Shown piece after piece: positions 1 through 13,010 of a stretch of 64,000 nt of DNA. The notes below the pieces were generated by a model. The model was not told where the DNA came from, searched no databases, and saw nothing but the letters and a program-made list of their open reading frames with translations. The stretch covers positions 32,798,001-32,862,000 of the forward strand of contig OX597824.1 of the NCBI GenBank assembly GCA_951406725.2, given 5' to 3'. How positions within the stretch are numbered: position 1 is the stretch's first letter; each line of letters begins with the position of its first letter. A program made the translations under genes and the position numbers. Source of the DNA: Octopus vulgaris (Eukaryota).

Positions 1-339
1 AGGATTTTCGTTATCTATCTCTGTGTGATATCTGCACTGGTAGGGTGCTTCACATATTTCCCTACAATGTTGTAGAAAGGAATAAAACGGCAGGAACACG
101 AATAGCTGAACAAATAACAATAATGGTTTGTTATTTCACAGAAGGAGATACTTCATCGCTGGTCATCGGTAGCGTGAAGGCTTGGATTAGGAAGGCAGCA
201 GAATTGGATTAAATCACCATGGTTAAAACAGTCTCCACCGCCCGCGGAGTCTGGTTCGCCCCTTCGCTCAGAGCCTTATCGGGACACGTCTTAATTCATC
301 GACCGCCAAGAGCCAAGAGGATTGGAATAGCGGGGAAGG

Positions 340-445
340 CAAACTGCTCCTGATTCCTGCGCATGCGCATCAGGGGATTCCGGCGGCCTGCCGGAAGACA
401 CCAAACATTACACATGTGCTGATGGACATCCTAAAATGGCGTCTA
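340..445. promoter_or_regulatory. GC-rich promoter-like motif cluster (NRF1, ETS, YY1-like)
   Basis: TGCGCATGCGCA at 358-369, TTCCGG at 378-383, CCGGAAG at 391-397 and AAAATGGCG at 433-441, in a CpG-rich patch of an AT-rich window. Confidence 0.4.
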
Positions 446-633
446 AAACTTGGCGTCAGAACAATTTCAAATTTTGCCCATTTTGGTACGGCCGGGGGGG
501 GGGGGTAAGACGATACCATCGAAATCGTTGCTCAACTGGTTCTTATTTTATCGAACCCGAAAGCATGAGGGGCACAGTCGACCTCGGCGGAATTTGAACA
601 GATCGCCGGCCTTAGGTTATTATATTAAGCTAA

Positions 634-864
634 GGCGGCGAGCTGGCAGAAACGTTAGCACGCCGGGCGAAATGCTCAGCAGTATTTCGTCTGTCGTTAC
701 GTTCTGAGTTCAAATTCCGCCGAGGTCGACTTTGCCTTTCATCCTTTCGAGGTCGATAAATAAAGTACCAGTTACGCACTGGGGTCGATGTAATCGACTT
801 AATCCCTTTGTCTGTCCTTGTTTGTCCCCTCTATATTTAGCCCCTTGTGGGTAGTAAAGAAATA
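634..864 (+). mobile_element. tRNA-derived SINE with Meta-like core (family A), full length
   Basis: tRNA-like head GGCGGCGAGCTGGCAGAAACGTTAGCA...GAGTTCAAATTCC; core GCCTTTCATCCTTTCGAGGTCGATAAA; 13-bp TSD TATATTAAGCTAA at 621-633 and 865-877. Confidence 0.85.
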
Positions 865-1036
865 TATATTAAGCTAAGTAAAATTTTATCCAGGAGGAGA
901 CGAGTCGATTACATTTATCCCAGTACCTGAGTGGTAGTTTTGTCTTATCGACAAGGTAGAGCTAGAAATCGGAACGTAGTGAACCTGAGGAAATACCGTA
1001 AAGCGGTTTATTTTTCTCCGACGCTCTAACGATTCT

Positions 1037-1623
1037 TATTTCTTTACTACCCACAAGGGGCTAAACATAAAGGAGGGACAAACAAGGTCAGACAAACGGA
1101 TTAAGCCGATTACATCGATTCCAGTGCGTAACTGGTACTTAATTTATCGACCCCGAAAGGATGAAAGGCAAAGTCGACCTCGGCGGAATTTGAACCCAGA
1201 ACGTAACGGCAGACGAAATACCTATTTCTTTACTACCCACAATTGGCCAAACACAGAGAGGACAAACAAGGACAGACAAACGGATTAAGTCGATTATATC
1301 GACTCCAGTGCGTAACTGGTACTTATTTAATGAAAGGCAAAGTCGACCTCGGCGGAATTTGAACTCAGAACGTAACGGCAGACGAAATACCTATTTCTTT
1401 ACTACCCACAAGGGGCTAAACACAGAGGGGACAAACAAGGACAGACATAGGTATTAAGTCGATTACATCGACCCCAGTGCGTAACTGGTACTTAATTTAT
1501 CGACCCCGAAAGGATGAAAGGCAAAGTCGACCTCGGCGGAATTTGAACTCACAACGTAACGCCAGACGAAATACCACTAAGCATTTTGCCCGGCGTGCTA
1601 ACGATTCTGCCAACTAGCTGCCT
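1037..1623 (-). mobile_element. family A SINE, one head plus three tandem bodies
   Basis: body repeated three times with junction GACGAAATACCTATTTCTTT; head at the right end. Confidence 0.85.
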
Positions 1624-2010
1624 CCGTTGCGATTATATTAATTTACGCTTGTTATTTATGTTGTTGTTTTATAAAGTTGACGAAGAAACTGCACGCAAAA
1701 TATTTCTCGCCTGTTTTAAAAAATCCTGATTTGATTTATGTTAAACAATAAATCAGATTCATTCAAAGACTCATATTTATGTTAAAATTAATAATTAAAC
1801 TCAATTCATTAAACTCAGTTTAATGAATCGGAATAGAAAAATAGAATGACAAGTAGATTAATTAGCATCCGCCCATTTTAACATCGTTATTAAATGTAAT
1901 CATTGGAAATTTCTTTAATTAATATTGGTTTCAATTTTTAAAACGAGGCCAGTGATTTGGGGGAAGTGGGTAAGTCGATTACATTAAACCCAGTGCTCAA
2001 TAGGTACTTC

Positions 2011-2420
2011 GGATCTTTTCGGTTTGAACGGCAGTTTTTTAAAATAATTTCCACGTAACTAAACACTTTTAAACTTCGTATATTGATAGAATGTATTTAT
2101 AAAACATCTTTTTCACTTGGCGTTATTAAGAAAATTCAATAGTTTGTGAGATATTTGTTGTTGTTTTTCTTCAATTTCTGCAATTTCAACCAATCAATGA
2201 CGTCTATTGAGGTAAAAAACATTCTGTGCCGTATGAAGATGTCCCTTGTTTAAGAAAGAGATTGGGTTTATTTACATTTGTGAAGAAAAAAGATACCCTT
2301 CCCCCACCCCTAACCCTAAAGCAGATTGAAATGCAATAGATCGATACTAGGGTCATAATTATGGGTGACAATTTCATATGACACCGCTAGAAAAAACTGC
2401 CGTACAAACCGAAAAGATCC
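2011..2420. mobile_element. MITE with GG...CC TIRs and 8-bp TSD (Merlin-like), inserted in a SINE
   Basis: TIR GGATCTTTTCGGTTTGAACGGCAGTTTTT / AAAAACTGCCGTACAAACCGAAAAGATCC; TSD GGTACTTC at 2003-2010 and 2421-2428; second copy at 50847-51289. Confidence 0.85.
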
Positions 2421-2544
2421 GGTACTTCATTTCATCGACTCTGAAAGGATGAAAGGCAATGTCAACTCGGCTGAATTTGAACTCAGAACGTAAAGACGAA
2501 CATAAAGACGGATCTGGGAAGTGTGGCACCTTGTTGTTCATAAA

Positions 2545-2670
2545 AATTTAGAGCTAAAGTAAATGAGTTACGAATGTCACAACGTCTATATTGCTACGCT
2601 GACTTTTCCTTTCTGTTTTACAAACAAACGAATATTTCTATTGATGACGTAAGCATCACGAGACAAGGCA
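2545..2670 (-). promoter_or_regulatory. inverted orphan copy of the TPPP proximal promoter/5' UTR
   Basis: reverse complement reads TTACGTCATCAATAGAAA...AAAAGTCAGCGTAGCAATATAGACG...CTCATTTACTTTA, matching 3127-3253. Confidence 0.7.
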
Positions 2671-3253
2671 AAGAGATTAAGAACTATAGTAATAAAGTAT
2701 TTAGTGAGATCCCCTTGAAAATGCAGACCCCAGCATATTCTGCTCTTATTTTTAGGTTAATCCGACACTAGTTGATTAAAAATGTAAGGGGAAAGTTATG
2801 TGCGAAAAAAAGTAACAAAATAGGGAATTTGGAAGAAGTTTCTATAAAACTAGTTTTTAACCATCAAATGGTGATGGGAGTTCACTAGAATAAAATAGTA
2901 ATCAAAAGGGTTCATAGATTAAAAAAATATGGTTGAGAACCCCTTGGGTAGATCATTCAGCTGAAAAGATTAGCACAAATATTTAGTTTCTTCTGGGGTA
3001 CGCCAATTTTACCTACAGATGTATAAAATTTGGCTTAAATGAGATTCATTTGAAATATTAACGAGATATTCATTATGACATAGCAAGCTCTTTTATGATG
3101 AAGGCGTGTGTTTTAGAAAGCGCTCTTTACGTCATCAATAGAAACATTTGTTTGTAAAAGCAAGCCCTGTTCTCACTTTTAGAACAGAAAGAAAAAGTCA
3201 GCGTAACGATATAGACGCAGTGGCATTCGGAGCTCATTTACTTTACTTCTAAA

Positions 3254-3790
3254 ATGTCGGAATTAGATGAGGTTTTTCGAGCGTTCACTAAGCTTGCAGG
3301 TGCAAAGACTCCTGAAGATGAAAAACAAATGAATTCTAAAGCTTGTGCAAAAATGGTGAAAGACTGTCTACCAAAAGAAGTTGTAACAATTGCAGATGCC
3401 TCTATATTCCCAAAATACAAAGAGAAAGGTAAACAGTTCCTCCTTATAAATAACTTCCACCTTTTTATACGTGGTTGTGCACATGAATATGCCAAGAACA
3501 AGTCAAAAAATCCCAAACTGCCAGAAGGGGACCCGCAGGTGGACAAATATTACGAAGACTTTGTCGAAATGCTAAAAAAAGGGAGACCAAACGTCAAAGA
3601 AGTAAAAATATCAAAAACTGGCAATGTCGCCGGTCTTACGGATGTGGCTGGTTACACTGGAACACACAAAGAGCGTTTTGATGAGGAAGGCAAAGGCAAG
3701 GGAATGACTGGCCGAAAAGAGATGGTAGACAACAGTGGTTACGTGGGTGCCTATAAAGGCGAAGGGACGTATGATAAAGTAAAAGCATGA
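3254..3790 (+). CDS. TPPP: tubulin polymerization-promoting protein (TPPP/p25-alpha family), intronless
   Basis: 178-aa ORF with family motifs F..F..., MNSK...K..KDC, LTDxxxYTGTHKERFDxxGKGKGxxGR and GYVGAYKGEGTYDK; AAAATG start context. Confidence 0.93.
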   Translation: MSELDEVFRAFTKLAGAKTPEDEKQMNSKACAKMVKDCLPKEVVTIADASIFPKYKEKGKQFLLINNFHLFIRGCAHEYAKNKSKNPKLPEGDPQVDKYYEDFVEMLKKGRPNVKEVKISKTGNVAGLTDVAGYTGTHKERFDEEGKGKGMTGRKEMVDNSGYVGAYKGEGTYDKVKA

Positions 3791-3971
3791 TTGCATTGTA
3801 GAGCTGACGGCGATCAACATAATCAATGATCATAGAAAATGTTTTTCTTGCGTCTAAATCGCTGACATTTTAATATTTTCCGTAAGTTGATGCATCTATC
3901 AAGGAAATTATAGTAAAATACAAGCTAGAAGGCTATGTTTCTAAAGTGAACATATATATATATTATTTATA

Positions 3972-4016
<45 letters not shown>

Positions 4017-4121
4017 AAATGTTTGCCACGACAAACAAAAATACTTGTAAAATGTTCGAAATGATAAAAACTACTTGAGCATTTATTTTTGTGTTCATTG
4101 TACCTCATTTATAGGTTGTTT

Positions 4122-4152
<31 letters not shown>

Positions 4153-4280
4153 CGAGGTCAACTTTGCCTTTCATTCTTTCGGAGTCGATAAATTATGCCC
4201 TAGTGATGTAACCGACACTCCCCTCCCACAAAAAGGTCTGCCCTTGTGGCAAAACTTGAGACCATTGCTTTTATTATTAA

Positions 4281-4670
4281 GGCGGCGAGCTGGCAGAATC
4301 GTTAGCACGCCGGACGAAATGCTTAGCGGTATTTCGTCTGCCGCTGCGTTCTGAGTTCAAATTCCGCCGAGGTCGACTTTGCCTTTCATCCTTTCGGGGC
4401 CGATTAGATAAGTACCAGTTACACACTGGAGTCGACATAATCGACTTAATTCGTTTGTCTATCCTTGTTTGTCTCCTCTGTGTGTAACTCCTTGTGGGCA
4501 GTAAAGAAATAGGTATTTCATCTGTTGCTACGTGCTGAGTTCCACCGAGGTCAACTTTACCTTTCTTCCTCTGTGGGTCGATAAATTAAGTACCAGTCAA
4601 GTCCTGGGGTCGCTGTGATATATTGTCCCCCACCCCCACCCCACAAAAATCCAAGCCTTGTGCCTGTAGT
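4281..4670 (+). mobile_element. family A SINE with partial second body
   Basis: same head and core; junction AAAGAAATAGGTATTTC near 4503-4519. Confidence 0.8.
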
Positions 4671-4690
4671 AGAAAGAATTATTATTATTA

Positions 4691-4770
<80 letters not shown>

Positions 4771-4859
4771 GATTTTGTTGGAATTCCTGGAGTCTTGCAT
4801 GCGTAGCGAGCTTACTGCCTACAACCTACGGTACCATGTAATCTGTTCTTTTCAGCTGT

Positions 4860-5247
4860 GGAGGCGCAATGGCCCAGTGGTTAGGGCAGCGGACTCGCGG
4901 TCGTAGGATCGCGGTTTCGATTCCCAGACCGGGCGTTGTGAGTGTTTATTGAGCGAAAAACACCTAAAGCTCCACGAGGCTCCGGCAGGGATGGTGGTGA
5001 TCCCTGCTGTACTCTTTCACCACAACTGTCTCTCACTCTTACTTCCTGTTTCTGTTGTACCTGTATTTCAAAGGGCCGACCTTGTCACTCTCTGTGTCAC
5101 GCTGAATATCCCCGAGAACTACGTTAAGGGTACACGTGGCTGTGGAGTGCTCAGCCACTTACACGTTAATTTCACGAGCAGGCTGTTCCGTTGATCGGTT
5201 CAACCGGAACCCTCGTCGTCGTAACCGACGGAGTGCTTCCATCCATT
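4860..5247 (+). mobile_element. tRNA(Arg)-like SINE (family B, resembling octopus OR SINEs)
   Basis: head GGAGGCGCAATGGCCCAGTGGTTAGGGCAGCGGACTCGCGG...TTCGATTCCC; TSD TTTTCAGCT at 4849-4857 and 5248-5256. Confidence 0.8.
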
Positions 5248-5539
5248 TTTTCAGCTATCTAATACTTTCCTGATTATTTTGGCCGTCCAAGGAGAAAAAC
5301 ATTTTGTAACAGTTCTACTGGTCATTCTATTCCGATTTCCTTTATATTTATTTTGATGCCTACAGATACTGTCCCCAAGGGACCAACAAAAATTGGCATT
5401 GTCTTCACCTTCATTTTCCATAGCGGGCTATTTCGTGCATAAAAGGATTGCATATATCTATTATTTCGACTTCCTTCTTGACTATTTGTGGGTCAAAGGG
5501 GAACGCAACATCAACTATATAGCATATGTGGTGCATCTT

Positions 5540-5769
5540 ATTTCTTTATTGCCCACAAGGGGCTAAATATAGAGGGGACAAACAAGGGCAGACAAAAGGG
5601 ATTAAGTCGATTATATCGACCTCAGTGCGTAACTGGTACTTATTTCATCAACCCCAAAAGGATGAAAGGCAAAGTCGATCGGCGGAATTTGAACTCAGAA
5701 CGTAGCGGCAGACGAAATACCACAAAGCATTTCGCCCGGCGTGCTAACGTTTCTGCCAGCTCGCCGCAA
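5540..5769 (-). mobile_element. family A SINE
   Basis: full element flanked by TSD GTGGTGCATCTT. Confidence 0.85.
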
Positions 5770-6338
5770 GTGGTGCATCTTGTCCACCGCCACTAGCTCT
5801 ACAGGACATTCTAGCTTCACATGACATTCTATTCCAATTTCTTTCAACATTTGTCTATATCATTGCTTACAGTTCTTAATGTACCAAATATTATAGGCAC
5901 GACCTTTTATAAGCACACACTTTTCGTATTCCAAATTCTTGCAATTTCAAATTTTAAGGGATTTTATTTATTTATTTATTTATTTTGGCTCGTCTTTGTC
6001 CGTAGCAAGGGAGCGTGTGTTCTGGCCTCGTAAGTTTTCTTTAAAATTTGTTCGTTTATTAGTTGGTATTACAAATTTTGTTGAAGTCTTAACAAAATAA
6101 CCGAACTCGCTCCAAGCGGGGCGAGCTGGTTTTGCGAGAATTTCATATTTCAAAACAAAAATATCAATATGGCTTCCCGAATCGAGGGAAGCAATGGCTG
6201 TTCGAATGGCTGCTATGGCATTGTTTTCTTGCCGCTAGTAGATGTGGTCGAAAAGCGATGCTCAGGAAGCAGCATCAGCAGTAGCAGCAACAATAACAAC
6301 CAACAGAAGCAGCAGCGATGTGCAAGGTATATCTAAAA

Positions 6339-6731
6339 ACTAGCAGTATTGCCCGGCGTTGCTCGAGTTTGTTTCGACTCTTTAGATTTGGAATTTTTGA
6401 AAAGTAAAAATGTTGCCTCATGTAGCTTGTTATTCTCTTTAAGTGAACATTTTTTGTTGAAATACACCGAAGAATGACGACACAGCAGTAAAAAATCGTT
6501 AAAAATAGGGATTTTCATAGAAAAAAAAGGCACCTTTATTATGTAAATAATTTTTGGTGTTAACATGGTCCGATTTGAATTTTTTCTTCTACAGAAGGAA
6601 GAGCAAGCCTTCTTCTATCATATTCTCAATTTTGCTCAACTTGCGCCGCAGGGTCTCATAGGAGATAGTGTTAGTTGAAGGCTACCAAACCTGCCATACA
6701 CAGACAACTTCAGCTTTATAGAGAGAGAGAT
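6339..6731 (-). mobile_element. non-autonomous Helitron-type element
   Basis: minus strand starts TC and ends CTAG, preceded by a GC hairpin (CCCGGCGTTGCTCGAG on +). Confidence 0.6.
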
Positions 6732-7619
6732 GACGCAGGTATGACCGCCATCACCGTCCTCACCACCAACACCTGCCGTTGCGCATAGGACGGATCCGGC
6801 TATCAGTTGAGTCCATTTTGAAGATCATCTCGCTGCTGGCCGAGAGGGAAGTGCTGCCTCCCAGCAATTTTGTTAGAAAGTGAGTGTATATTGCAAGAAT
6901 GGTCCGTGCAAACAGGTTTACGCCAAGAATGTTCCTGCAAATTCAAGAAAGATAATGCGGAGAGGGCATTTATATTGTTACAGTCTCCTGAACGAGATGC
7001 CAGTCCGTCGCACGGTTATTCTCCATTAACTGCTGGTATATATTTTCAAACCAATGCTTTGGTGCACCGTAAAATGAAATGAAATGCTTTGTTCAAATAT
7101 ACATCGCGCCACTCGATCCGAGAATCAAACTGATGACATATTGATTGTAAGCACGATTCTCAAACTACTGGACAACGTGATTTCACTGTTTAATACACGG
7201 AAAACTAAAAGGTTAAAAGATGTGAAACAGTCACACGCAATGATGAGGAAAATATGATATCAGTCGTTTATCAGCTTTCGCCATTTGTTTTTCAGATTAG
7301 ATTAGAACAAGAAATAATTCTAGTTAAGATTGGAAGATATGGCTTTTATGAAAAAAATAATACAATATCTGGGTACCAAAGGCTAAATAAATACGCAGAT
7401 ATATTTGTTGGCTCGTAAAAATTGAACTGTTTAGCAATGAAATATTTTCGAAATGCTGCCGGCATTACAGAGCAGCTTTCTTGAGCTTTTACGATTGACT
7501 TTGGATTCACGCTTCTTTTAATACCATATGGAATGGCTTAGCTGGTCGAAACTTCAAAGTTACTGTGAATACTATTCTTGCGAATGAATAATGAACTTAT
7601 CGTTTACCAAACACAACCA

Positions 7620-7784
7620 CAGAAGTGACTGTGTGGTAAGTGGCTTGCTTACCAACCACATGGTTCTGGGTTCAGTTCCACTGCGTGGCACCTTGGGCAA
7701 GTGTCTTCTACTATAGCCTCAGGCCGACCAAAGCCTTGTGAGTGAATTTGGTAGACGGAAACTGAAAGAAGCCCGTCGTATATA

Positions 7785-7867
<83 letters not shown>

Positions 7868-8075
7868 GCTTATGCGTCTGTATTTGTCAACCGATGTTGG
7901 TGTGTTTGACAACCGATGTTGGTGTGTTTATGTCCCCGTAACTTAGCGGATCGGCAAAAGTGACCGATAGAATAAGTACTAGGCTTACAAAGAATAAGTC
8001 TTGGGGTCGATTTGCTCGACTAAAGGCGGTGCTCCAGCATGGCCGCAGTCAAATGACTGAAACAAGTAAAAAGAA
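7620..8075 (+). mobile_element. tRNA-derived SINE with V-like core and internal (TA)n(TG)n (family C)
   Basis: head GTGTGGTAAG...GGTTCAGTTCCACTG; core GAATTTGGTAGACGGAAACTGAAAGAAG; 3' part ...GACTGAAACAAGTAAAA. Confidence 0.8.
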
Positions 8076-8304
8076 AAAAAAAAAAAAAAAAGAAATAGTA
8101 ACTAGCGGGACCCGTGAATATTTAACGGAATTAATAGTAAACCTATTGGATTATTCCTGAAAACTTAATCCAAAAAACCTGAAAGGATAGTTTGTGTTGT
8201 GTCTGTATCGAAAGATAAGTTGCTCATCTGCTATTAATTGAAAAGTGAAAGAAATTAGAATACGATGATTACTAAAGCACTTTATATATATGCTTTATGC
8301 ACAA

Positions 8305-8530
8305 TTTTACTACCCACAAGGGGCTAAACACAGAGGGGACAAACAAGGACATATAAACGGATTAAGTCGATTACATCGACCCCAGTGCGTAACTGGTACT
8401 TAATTTATCGACCCCGAAAGGATGAAAGGCAAAGTCGACCTCAGCGGAATTTGAACTCAGAACGTAACGGCAGGCGAGATACCGCTAAGCATTTCGTCCG
8501 GTGTGCTAACGATTCTACCAGCTCGCCGCC
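8305..8530 (-). mobile_element. family A SINE
   Basis: near-identical to 634-864 in reverse orientation. Confidence 0.8.
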
Positions 8531-9056
8531 CGTATGAATATATTCATATATATATGTGTGTGTGTATATATATATTACACACACACACACATATATATAC
8601 ACACACACACACATATATATACACACACACACACATATATATACACACACACACACACACACGTACGAAGTTGTGAGGAGTGTGGAGAGAACGTAAAGCG
8701 TCGGAATAAATGATTCTGTCACTTCACCACCTTTTTTACCATGTGTGTTTATATATCTACATATGTGAAGGCGCGTGGGCAAGTGGTTAAGCGGGTTGCA
8801 CTCGCGATCTTAGGATCGTGGTTTCGATTCCCAGCTCGGCTACGCATTGTTTTCTTGGTCATAAAACTTCCTTTCGCTTTGCGCCAGTCTGCTCAGCTGT
8901 AAGCGAGTAACCCTCCGACGGAGTAGCCTTACGATCAGGAGGAATATTGGCCTGCATGCCTAGCCAGTGGGGCAACAGCATTCTAAAGCTAAAACGATGC
9001 AAAGCGCATTGTGATCAGCGATGTATAACAACATCCGATTGTCTGATCGATCACAT

Positions 9057-9105
<49 letters not shown>

Positions 9106-9265
9106 GTGTGTCTGTATCTATCTGTCTGTCTGTGTGTGATGATTTCTGCCCTTCAGCTGTCGCATGTCCGGTGCACTTAAGCACCTTGTGATAGATGGTA
9201 CGAAAAGCAACAAACTTGCGACAGCTGAAGAAGTGCTGTAATCATCGTATCGTTAACACAGAAAC

Positions 9266-9313
<48 letters not shown>

Positions 9314-9769
9314 CCCCCCACCATCACCGCTTGACAACCGGTTTTGGTGTGTTTACATCCCCGTAACTTAGCGGTTCGGTAAGAGAAACTTATAGAATAA
9401 GTACCAGGCTTAAGAAATAAGTCCTGGGGGTCAAGGCGGTGCTCCAGCATGACCACAGTAAAATAACTGAAACAAGTAAAAAGAATGAGAAAAAAACTAC
9501 CGGGCCGGCGCTAGCAAGTGCCGAGCCCAATTAGGGGATTGTCAATGGGGCCTTCTACTCAGCAAAGCTGAAGATAGGTGTTTCTTGATTCGTGCAGTAT
9601 GCCAGTCCCAACCAAAATAGAGTTGAGGGCTTGAGGTTCCACCATTAGCCACAATGATATAATAAAAATCCATCATAGGCGTCCTCCGTTCGAACGTGTG
9701 CACGAGGCTTTCTCTTGGCGCGGGGCCCAATTTGAACGAATCTATCTAATTGGCCTTAAAACATTTTAA

Positions 9770-9937
9770 ATAATAATAATAATAATAAACATTGTGTACA
9801 GTGCTCAGGTGCACTACAACTCATCTAAAGTGCATATATAATCAGGTGTAGTTTCGACGGATTTCGGAAAGCATGAGGGCCTTAAAGGATGCAGTGTCAT
9901 GGCAGTCAACAACTGACGCAGGCAGTTTATTCCATAT
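9770..9937 (-). mobile_element. 3' end of a CR1/L2-like LINE
   Basis: minus strand WNKLPASVVDCHDTASFKALML...stop, followed by a UTR and (TTA)n tail. Confidence 0.6.
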
Positions 9938-10239
9938 GTACCTGCCTGTGTAATAAGCACGCTGTACATTCTCGCTGGGTTAATTTATAACTATTGAAAG
10001 CGTTCTCCATTTTTAAGCTTTTATACTTTTTATTCGTAATATCTTTATTATATGCATTCGGTAGTATCGACTGGATCCATACAGCTGTCCACGACTGGTT
10101 TACTTCGACGCTTTTCGACGATGTTTGTTATTCCCATTAACCAAAGCCCATTTGAGTTGCATTCAATATCGAAATATCGATATGTTTCGTTCCTGTTGCA
10201 CAAGCGCATGCGCGAGCACACATCTACCTTTGCATATAT

Positions 10240-10812
10240 ACATACATAAATATCATATACATTATATTATATATACACACTTATACTTGCATGTATGTAT
10301 GTATGTATGTATGTATGTACGTATATATACATACATAAATATTATATACATTGTATTATATATACACACTTATACTTGCATGCATGTATGTATGTATGTA
10401 TGTATGTATGTACGTATATATACATACATAAATATTATATATATTGTATTATATATACACACTTATACTTGCATGTATGTATGTATGTATGTATGTATGT
10501 ATGTATACATAAATATTATATACATCGTATTATATATACACACTTATACTTGCATGTATGTATGTATGTATGTATGTATGTATACATACATAAATATTAT
10601 ATACATTGTATTATATATACACACTTATACTTGCATGTATGTATGTACGTATGTATGTACGTATGTATGTATGTATGTATGTATGTATGTATGTATGCAT
10701 GTATGTATGTATGTACGTATGTACGTATGTATGTATGTATGTATGTATGTATGTATGTATGTATGTATGTATGTATGTATGTATGTATGTATGTATGTAT
10801 GTATGTATGTAT
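10240..10812. repeat. minisatellite of 60-75 bp units with embedded (TATG)n
   Basis: repeated ATATACACACTTATACTTGCATGTATG... units ending in a long (TATG)n. Confidence 0.9.
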
Positions 10813-11910
10813 ACAGAGAGTTGGCAAAATAATGGAAGCACCACAATATATTTAATCATTTCTTTCTATTGGCAATTTGACAGATTTAGAAGAACCATTT
10901 TAGTCTGTATAGATGAGTCCATATGCATTATGCATGCTTTATACTCCATGATATAACCTCTTTTTGCTTTGTTTTTGCAGCTATTTATATTTAAATGCGC
11001 TAAAATGCGTGACCTATATGATTTCTAAAGAGGATAATTTGCTGGAACGCAGATGGCTAGATGTCTAGTCACTAAAACTGCTGAATTGCTTAATATTTCA
11101 AAACGCTACAGTCTCTAAAATCATGTTGGCTTTCCAAAATCAAGGTCAAACCAGTTCTAGCGAGCGTAATTCTGGATGGAAGGAAAAAGTTCACACAGAA
11201 AGATCGCTTAATAGTAAAACGTATCGTATCTAAAATCCATCGAACTCCCGCAGGAAGAGTAACGGTAGAGCCAGACATGTGTTAACAAAAGCTGTTCGTT
11301 GTGAGCCCCATTGTATTGGATACCAGGAGTTGGTCGCAATCGTTAAATCTCTCCTGACCCCTATTAGCATAAATAAGCGGAGAAAATGGTGTTTAGACAA
11401 TAAGAAGTGGTCAATGGCTCAGTGGGACATTGCCGTTTTCTCGTATGAATTATTATATTTCTTTACTACCCACAAGGGGTTAAACATAATTGGGACAAAC
11501 AAGGACAGACAAAGGGATTAATTCGATTAGATCGACCCCAGTACGTAACTGGTACTTAATTTATCGACCCCGAAAGGATGAAAGGCAAAGTTGACCTTGG
11601 CGGAATTTGAGCTCAGAACGTAACGGCAGACGAAATGCTTATTTCTTTACTACCCACACAGGGGCTAAACACAGTGAGGATAAACACGGACATACAAATG
11701 GATTAAGTCGATTACATCGACCTCAGTGCGTAACTGGTACTTAATTTATCGACCCCGAAAGGATGAAAGGCAAAGTCGACCTCGGCGGAATTTGAGCTCA
11801 GAACGTAACGGCAGACGAAATACTGCTAAGCATTTCGCCCGGCGTGCTAACGATTCTGCCAGCTCGCCGCCTTATTTTCTCGTATGAATTATTATTCACC
11901 CTTTTAATAG
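10812..11910 (+). mobile_element. degenerate Tc1-like transposon interrupted by a dimeric family A SINE (11455-11874)
   Basis: TA-CAGAGAGTTGGCAAAATAATGG terminus; MRDLYDF..G.....VTKTAELL HTH-like relic; SINE TSD TTTTCTCGTATGAATTATT. Confidence 0.65.
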
Positions 11911-12968
11911 GGCAAACTTCAGCAAGAAAACCTTAAAACAATGATTTCCAATGATTAAAACTTGTAACAGTCACAGCTATTGTTCACTAATTACCATAAA
12001 ACTATTTTAAAAATCAATAATCTGCATATATGCAAGGGAAATAATTCTTAAATATTTATGTTGGAGTTGTGTCCCTTGTTAAACATTTTTCGTTCGGGAA
12101 ATTGAATGCATATTTATCTATCCAGTAATCTCTGCCTACGATTCCTGGGAGGGTTATGGAGTTAAAATCCACAAACACCTCCTCCGTAGGTTCCAGTCAG
12201 GTGCTACTGTCATTAGACTTTCCGAATGGATTCTTTGGTCTTCTACCGGCTGGCTTGGCTTGATGACCCCTTCATGCGATTCTTTCCGATGACATTCTAA
12301 TCAGATGTCCGTAGTAGTAGACCTGTGATCTCTCAATTTGGAAATGTGGCGGTTTGACTTGGAGAGAGACTCCCTGTTCTCAGAGCTCGGCAGCCTGTCG
12401 AGTAACGTTTCTCCGGAGATCCTTCGGTGGAATCCCATTATGGCCGTTTACTGAAGGGAAAGTAATGATGTAGAATCCCTGTGATGAGTAAAGTAATAGA
12501 CTGAAGAATGTTGGGGCGCCTGATCTCGAGCGCAAGCAAAAGGTCCCCATAATGTCAAATGCCATTCCCTGCATATCCCATTTTATATCAGAGTAACCGT
12601 CTCCTAGGGACACGCTTCAACAAAATAAAAGAACTGTCTCACTCCCATTGGTCTTCCAGCACGCTAACACCAACCCCTAATTTCTGAGGTTTCCGTGCTA
12701 TAAATAGATAGTCGTTGCTCCTTCGCAAAATTCATCCGCTCTTTTGTTTGACTGGTCTTGTTTTTAGTCCTACTGGGTTTCTAGCAACCCCACTCACAAG
12801 GAAGGCCTACTGGGGAAGGGGGGCTGGGTTAGTCACTGATGACTCAACCATGCAACAAATTGGATTCTATGTTACCAATAGCACTAACAAGTCCTAACAA
12901 GCCACCTGTAATCTATTTATCTACCTAAGTATCTTACAAAATACTTTCTCCACCTCTCTCTCTTTCTT

Positions 12969-13010
<42 letters not shown>

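Larger units (their letters stand above)
4680..5960 (-). mobile_element. 3' fragments of an RLE (R4/Dong-like) non-LTR retrotransposon ending in (AAT)n, interrupted by SINEs
   Basis: minus strand encodes degenerate EIAR.W..K...P...G.LG-like C-termini (about 5260-5450 and 5820-5960); the 3' end runs into the (ATT)n array at 4680-4765. Confidence 0.6.

Noticed and set aside
3238-3833. minus-strand ORFs overlapping TPPP (and similar ones in the transposase)
   Set aside because: antisense shadows of real coding frames
4861-4935. tRNA-Arg gene
   Set aside because: tRNA-like head of a SINE with body and TSD; no proper acceptor stem
10125-10956. long ORFs (235 and 186 aa) and the many YIYI/HTHT/MYVC/poly-I/poly-E/poly-K ORFs across the window
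   Set aside because: translations of micro- and minisatellites that happen to lack stop codons
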